Below, in pieces: positions 51,397 to 64,000 of a stretch of 64,000 bases of DNA (the first letter of the stretch is position 1; every line of letters begins with the position of its first letter). The DNA is from Amoebidium appalachense. Lineage: Eukaryota > Protista > Ichthyosporea. The stretch covers positions 9,258,554 through 9,322,553 of the forward strand of contig CAVNZM010000010.1 of assembly GCA_963693365.1 (NCBI GenBank). Direction: 5' to 3'. A program made the translations under genes and the position numbers. The notes beneath the pieces were generated by a model. The model was not told the DNA's origin and made no database searches. It was given only the letters and a program-made list of their open reading frames with translations.

Positions 51397-52335
51397 ATGC
51401 TGGAGGTTGTAGCCAGCCTGTTTGGCCTACCGCGTAGGACGGGCCGTGGCGCGTGTGGCCGCTATGTGCTGGAGCAGCGGCTGGGGGCCGGGGCACAGGC
51501 CGAGGTGTGGCTTGCCCGTGGGGCCGACGGGCTGGTGGCGCTCAAACACTACGACACAGCGGACCCGGGTGTGGCCCTTCAACAGCGGGTGGCTGGCCAC
51601 CCGAACATAGCGCGCGTGCTGGAGGTGTGTGTGCGTGCAAGCAGCTGCGACGTGGTGGAGGAGTATGTTGCCGGGGCCGAGCTGCTGGACGCTGTGCCCG
51701 TGGGCAGGGGCCTGGGCCTGGCACGTGCCCTGGCCCTTTTCCGGCAGCTGGCAGGGGCCGTGGCGCATGTGCACGCACGGGGCGTGGCACACCGCGACCT
51801 GAAGCTCGAGAACATACTGCTGGCTGCGGACGGCACGGTCAGGCTCATAGACTTTGGGCTGGCGGCAGAGTGGGACGACCCGACGGCCAGCCAGCGGGGG
51901 GTGGGCACGCTGTACACGCTGCCCCCTGAGCTGGCCGAGGCGGCAGCGCAGGGCCGGCACGTGGCTGGGGCCGACCACCGGCTGCAGGACGGCTGGGCGC
52001 TGGGGGTGGTGCTGCACTATCTGCTGTTTGGCCGCCTGCCCTTTGCCCAGGCCACGGCCAGCGACCTGGGCTACCGGCGCTTTGTTGCCCGTGGAGCCAC
52101 CTGCCCCGAGTGGGACGACTGCCCGCTGCAGCTGCGGCTGCTGCTGTGCGGGCTTTTATGTGTGGACCCGGCCAGGCGCTGGACACTGGCCCAGGTCGAG
52201 CGCTGCCTGCTGGTGCTGCGGGTGGCCAGCGTGTCGGCCGGGGACGTGCCCTCCCTCGTGCCCCCGTCCTCCCCGCCCCTTAGTGGTGTCCTCACAAGAC
52301 CTCTGGGCCCCAGGCCCAAGCGGCTGACAGAGTAG
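51397..52335 (+). CDS. Intronless Ser/Thr protein kinase (CAMK-group-like)
   Basis: LGAGAQAEV, VALK, HPNI, EYVAGAELLD, HRDLKLENILL, LIDFGLA, GTLYTLPPE, DGWALGV, GRLPF, DPARR. GC3-rich. First ATG at 51397. Confidence 0.92.
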   Translation: MLEVVASLFGLPRRTGRGACGRYVLEQRLGAGAQAEVWLARGADGLVALKHYDTADPGVALQQRVAGHPNIARVLEVCVRASSCDVVEEYVAGAELLDAVPVGRGLGLARALALFRQLAGAVAHVHARGVAHRDLKLENILLAADGTVRLIDFGLAAEWDDPTASQRGVGTLYTLPPELAEAAAQGRHVAGADHRLQDGWALGVVLHYLLFGRLPFAQATASDLGYRRFVARGATCPEWDDCPLQLRLLLCGLLCVDPARRWTLAQVERCLLVLRVASVSAGDVPSLVPPSSPPLSGVLTRPLGPRPKRLTE

Positions 52336-53245
52336 TCGGCGTGGTGTATGGAAGGTAGCAAGTGGTGACGTGGCGTTATGTATGAATGACAGCAAGAGGT
52401 AGCAGGGTGGCTGCTGCTATACAGAACGAATGATGAGTGTGCGGTATGTACATACGCAGGTTGTAAGATAGCAATGCATGTGAAGCATGTTTCAGTATAT
52501 GAACTGCAATCAGCAGTATGTCTGAGCCGAGGCGTGCTGTGGATGAATGTATGTAGTTGGTGGCCACTGCACTGTGTGTGGTGAGAATATAGACGGCCAG
52601 CCCTGCAGACAAGGCAGGGCTCAAGGCCGCAATGGTTTCTTGGGCAGGTGTGTGTGTGGTGTGTAAGTGAACAAGGACCGAGCTGTCCTGCTGTGCCTGT
52701 ACAAGGAGGTCGCTATATATATAGCTAGTAACGGTCGACTCGGGCCTCCATAACTATCATATAACCTCCATCAAAATAAAAAATTCCATGTTCGAAGAGG
52801 CTGCCATGGGCTCATGATGCGGGGAATCCAAAGGCAAATTATAATCATGAAGACGTCCGGACGACTCTGAGCACCGCGTACGAACTTGTTTTTTCAGTAG
52901 TAGCCATACAGTATAATAATTATGTATACGCGTTGCAGGGTGCCCTGCACATAGCACGCCCAGGGCCCAGGATGGCCGGAGGGTTGCAGGCAGCACCAGC
53001 ATAGTTAAACAATATTATGTAGAGGTCCAAATACTAATAAAACAATTACTCTCATATGCATATCAACCACCGTGGCGCCTCACCGGGGCATATATGAAGC
53101 CCAGCTGCTGGGGGCCTCAGCCTACAGGCCAGTCTGCAGTCTGCACCAACCAGTAGTCATTTTGCTGCAGCATATGCATGCCCTTCTTGAAGTAGCCCTT
53201 CCTCTCTTCCACGCCACACAGTTCTCCTCAACACTAACGTGCGCG

Positions 53246-53318
<73 letters not shown>

Positions 53319-53694
53319 ACAAAAACAAAACAAAAAAAAAAACAAAAACAAACAAACACTGCCCAGCAAGCACTGAATTCTTGAGAGGGCCAGGCTTCTG
53401 AGAGGCACTCCAAAGTGCGTCCTCCGGTTGCAATACCCCGGCACCAAAAACGAGCTCAATTTATTGTGGGCTGTTCCAAGTATTCTGGTTGTATTATTCC
53501 CCACAGTACTAAAATTGTGTACTTAGCCACTTCATACCGGTCTGCACACTGACAAGACTAAGGCATGATATTATCTATCTGCAGTATGTACAAGCATACA
53601 AATGTCTGAGGGGTCATACGGTGCAGGCCCACAGGCTGGGGCCAGGTCATTCGCAGAGGGCTGGAGGTCAGCCACGGGGCAGCAGCGAGGGTGC

Positions 53695-62347
<8,653 letters not shown>

Positions 62348-62894
62348 GGTCCAACACTGACTATGCGCTAAACCTCCTTACAACCCTACGGCCTGGGCAG
62401 TTATTTCCCAATAAGAAGTGGCACTCGGTAGTTGGATGGTCCAGTCACTTCAGCTCAACTTGACTTGGGAAGCAAAAGGGGGTTTCTTAGTGTTACATGT
62501 CTGGATTTGGAATTGTGTTTCCAGCCAAAAGACCTTCTTCGTGGCATCACTGAAAGCAGCGCTAGTGTGCGTACGTTAAAAGGCCATCAGGTGAATCTGT
62601 TCTTCGAACTTTATTGAGCCCCCCCATTTTGGCGCCAAATCTGGGTGTTTGCGCTATCCCTTGCCGTGAACGGTGAGCCACTCCGGCGGCCGGCTGTACT
62701 GTGTATGCTCTCGTTGTCTGTCACCAGTAGGGTGAGTCTATGAGTGGTAGGATGTATGTGTTGATAGTGGTAGTGTATAATGGTGGACGCGTGTGTTGAA
62801 CTGGTGTGCTAACAAGCAAATCAACTTCTCGAGTAGTCACGTTTCGCTGCAGGCTGGGCACCTTTCTGCTTTGAGAGTGCGTGCAGAGAGGATC

Positions 62895-63658
62895 ATGAAC
62901 GCTGAGTCGACCGCAACCCAAAACCCAGAGGCAAACCCCCCTTCCCCAACCCTTCCCCCCCTCCTCTCTCCCCCCCCCCCCTCTCCCCCCCCCCCCCCCC
63001 CCCTCCCCTCCCCCCCCCCCCCCTCCCCCCTCTCCCTTGCTTCTTCTAGAGACACACCAGTTTTGTGCTGCAACCCGTTTCTCACTATTGCTTGCACATC
63101 ATCACACACACATCGTACAGACACGTTGCCCACCCACCACTCCTATGTTCTAGGCGCAACCGGCAAACTGCAGTCATGTCCCGAGTCTGCCAACACACCC
63201 CATGGGCAAGCAATTACGTGTTTTTTTTTGTGGGGAAGGATCAACACATGCAAGACAAACTGGCAGGAACATGTGGCTAGAGCTTTATCATACCTGCACG
63301 TGTCACTATTTCATAACTACGATGATAAAACAGGAAAGTGCGCGCACACATGCACACCAGCACGCGCACATCTACACACACAGGCATTGACCTGCGCACA
63401 CATCCATCCACATGCCCACTGCCCCGGCTGCCCGCCAGCACGGACACGGAGCACACTGAGACGTACCCAGCCCACATCCACCTGCACTCTTTCCTCATCC
63501 CACTGACTAGACCCACCCAGCAGTCAGCCAGCACACCACAGCCACCAGTCAGCAGCCAGGGCCTGGCCACTCTGCAGGTGCGCTCTCACTTCTCGTGCCC
63601 CTGTAGGTGCGTTTACTTCATTCTAGTTTTCTTTTTACTTTCGTGTTCCCCTCCCCTC

Positions 63659-63689
<31 letters not shown>

Positions 63690-63930
63690 AATAGAGGAGA
63701 GGTTTAGGGGTTGGAGACAGCTGGGGTTGGGTTGGGGAGGAGGTGGGTAGGGGGGAGGGAGGGAGGGGGGAGGAAGCAGAGAGTTTGGCAGGACCGTTCT
63801 TGAGCAGGCCACGTGCAGGCGTGGCTGGTGCGGCGGCAGGATGGCAGCACCATCCCCCTGGCTGCGGGTGACACGGTGCTGGGCAGGGGGCCTGTCACGG
63901 CCATCAAGAACCCCGTGTGCTCCAGGCGCC

Positions 63931-63971
<41 letters not shown>

Positions 63972-64000
63972 ATTTTATGTGTCTGTGTGCTTTGTGTGAG
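62895..64000 (+). CDS. 5' part of a PNKP/aprataxin/APLF-type FHA-domain DNA repair gene (continues beyond the window; start uncertain)
   Basis: Exon 63819-63933 encodes AWLVRRQDGSTIPLAAGDTVLGRGPVTAIKNPVCSRRQ, matching the GRGP.T.I....CSR.Q signature of this FHA subfamily. An in-phase upstream exon lies at about 63384-63577. Candidate ATG at 62895. Confidence 0.65.

Overview
This is intron-rich eukaryotic DNA. The gene content (XRCC2, DHCR7, BRD7/9, NUP214) and the short CTGAC-to-YAG intron ends suggest a unicellular opisthokont or holozoan-type protist, which is an inference only. Most listed long ORFs are artefacts of (GT/CA)n, poly-G and minisatellite tracts. I assembled GT-AG exons by hand. 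In order, the window holds a frameshifted RING-TRAF gene (-), a 5'-truncated non-LTR retrotransposon RT (-), XRCC2 (-) head-to-head with AAR2 (+), DHCR7 (-), NOP56 (+), NUP214 (+), about 8 kb of gene-poor repeats, an intronless Ser/Thr kinase (+), a BRD7/9-like bromodomain gene (-), and the start of a PNKP/APTX/APLF-type FHA gene (+). Two MITE-like insertions lie in AAR2 introns. The most unusual pattern is that many long introns carry their own private minisatellite. In three genes the repeat unit is the splice junction itself: a donor array in AAR2 and acceptor arrays in DHCR7 and BRD7/9, which create stacks of decoy splice sites. Exon coordinates were read by eye and may be off by a few bases.
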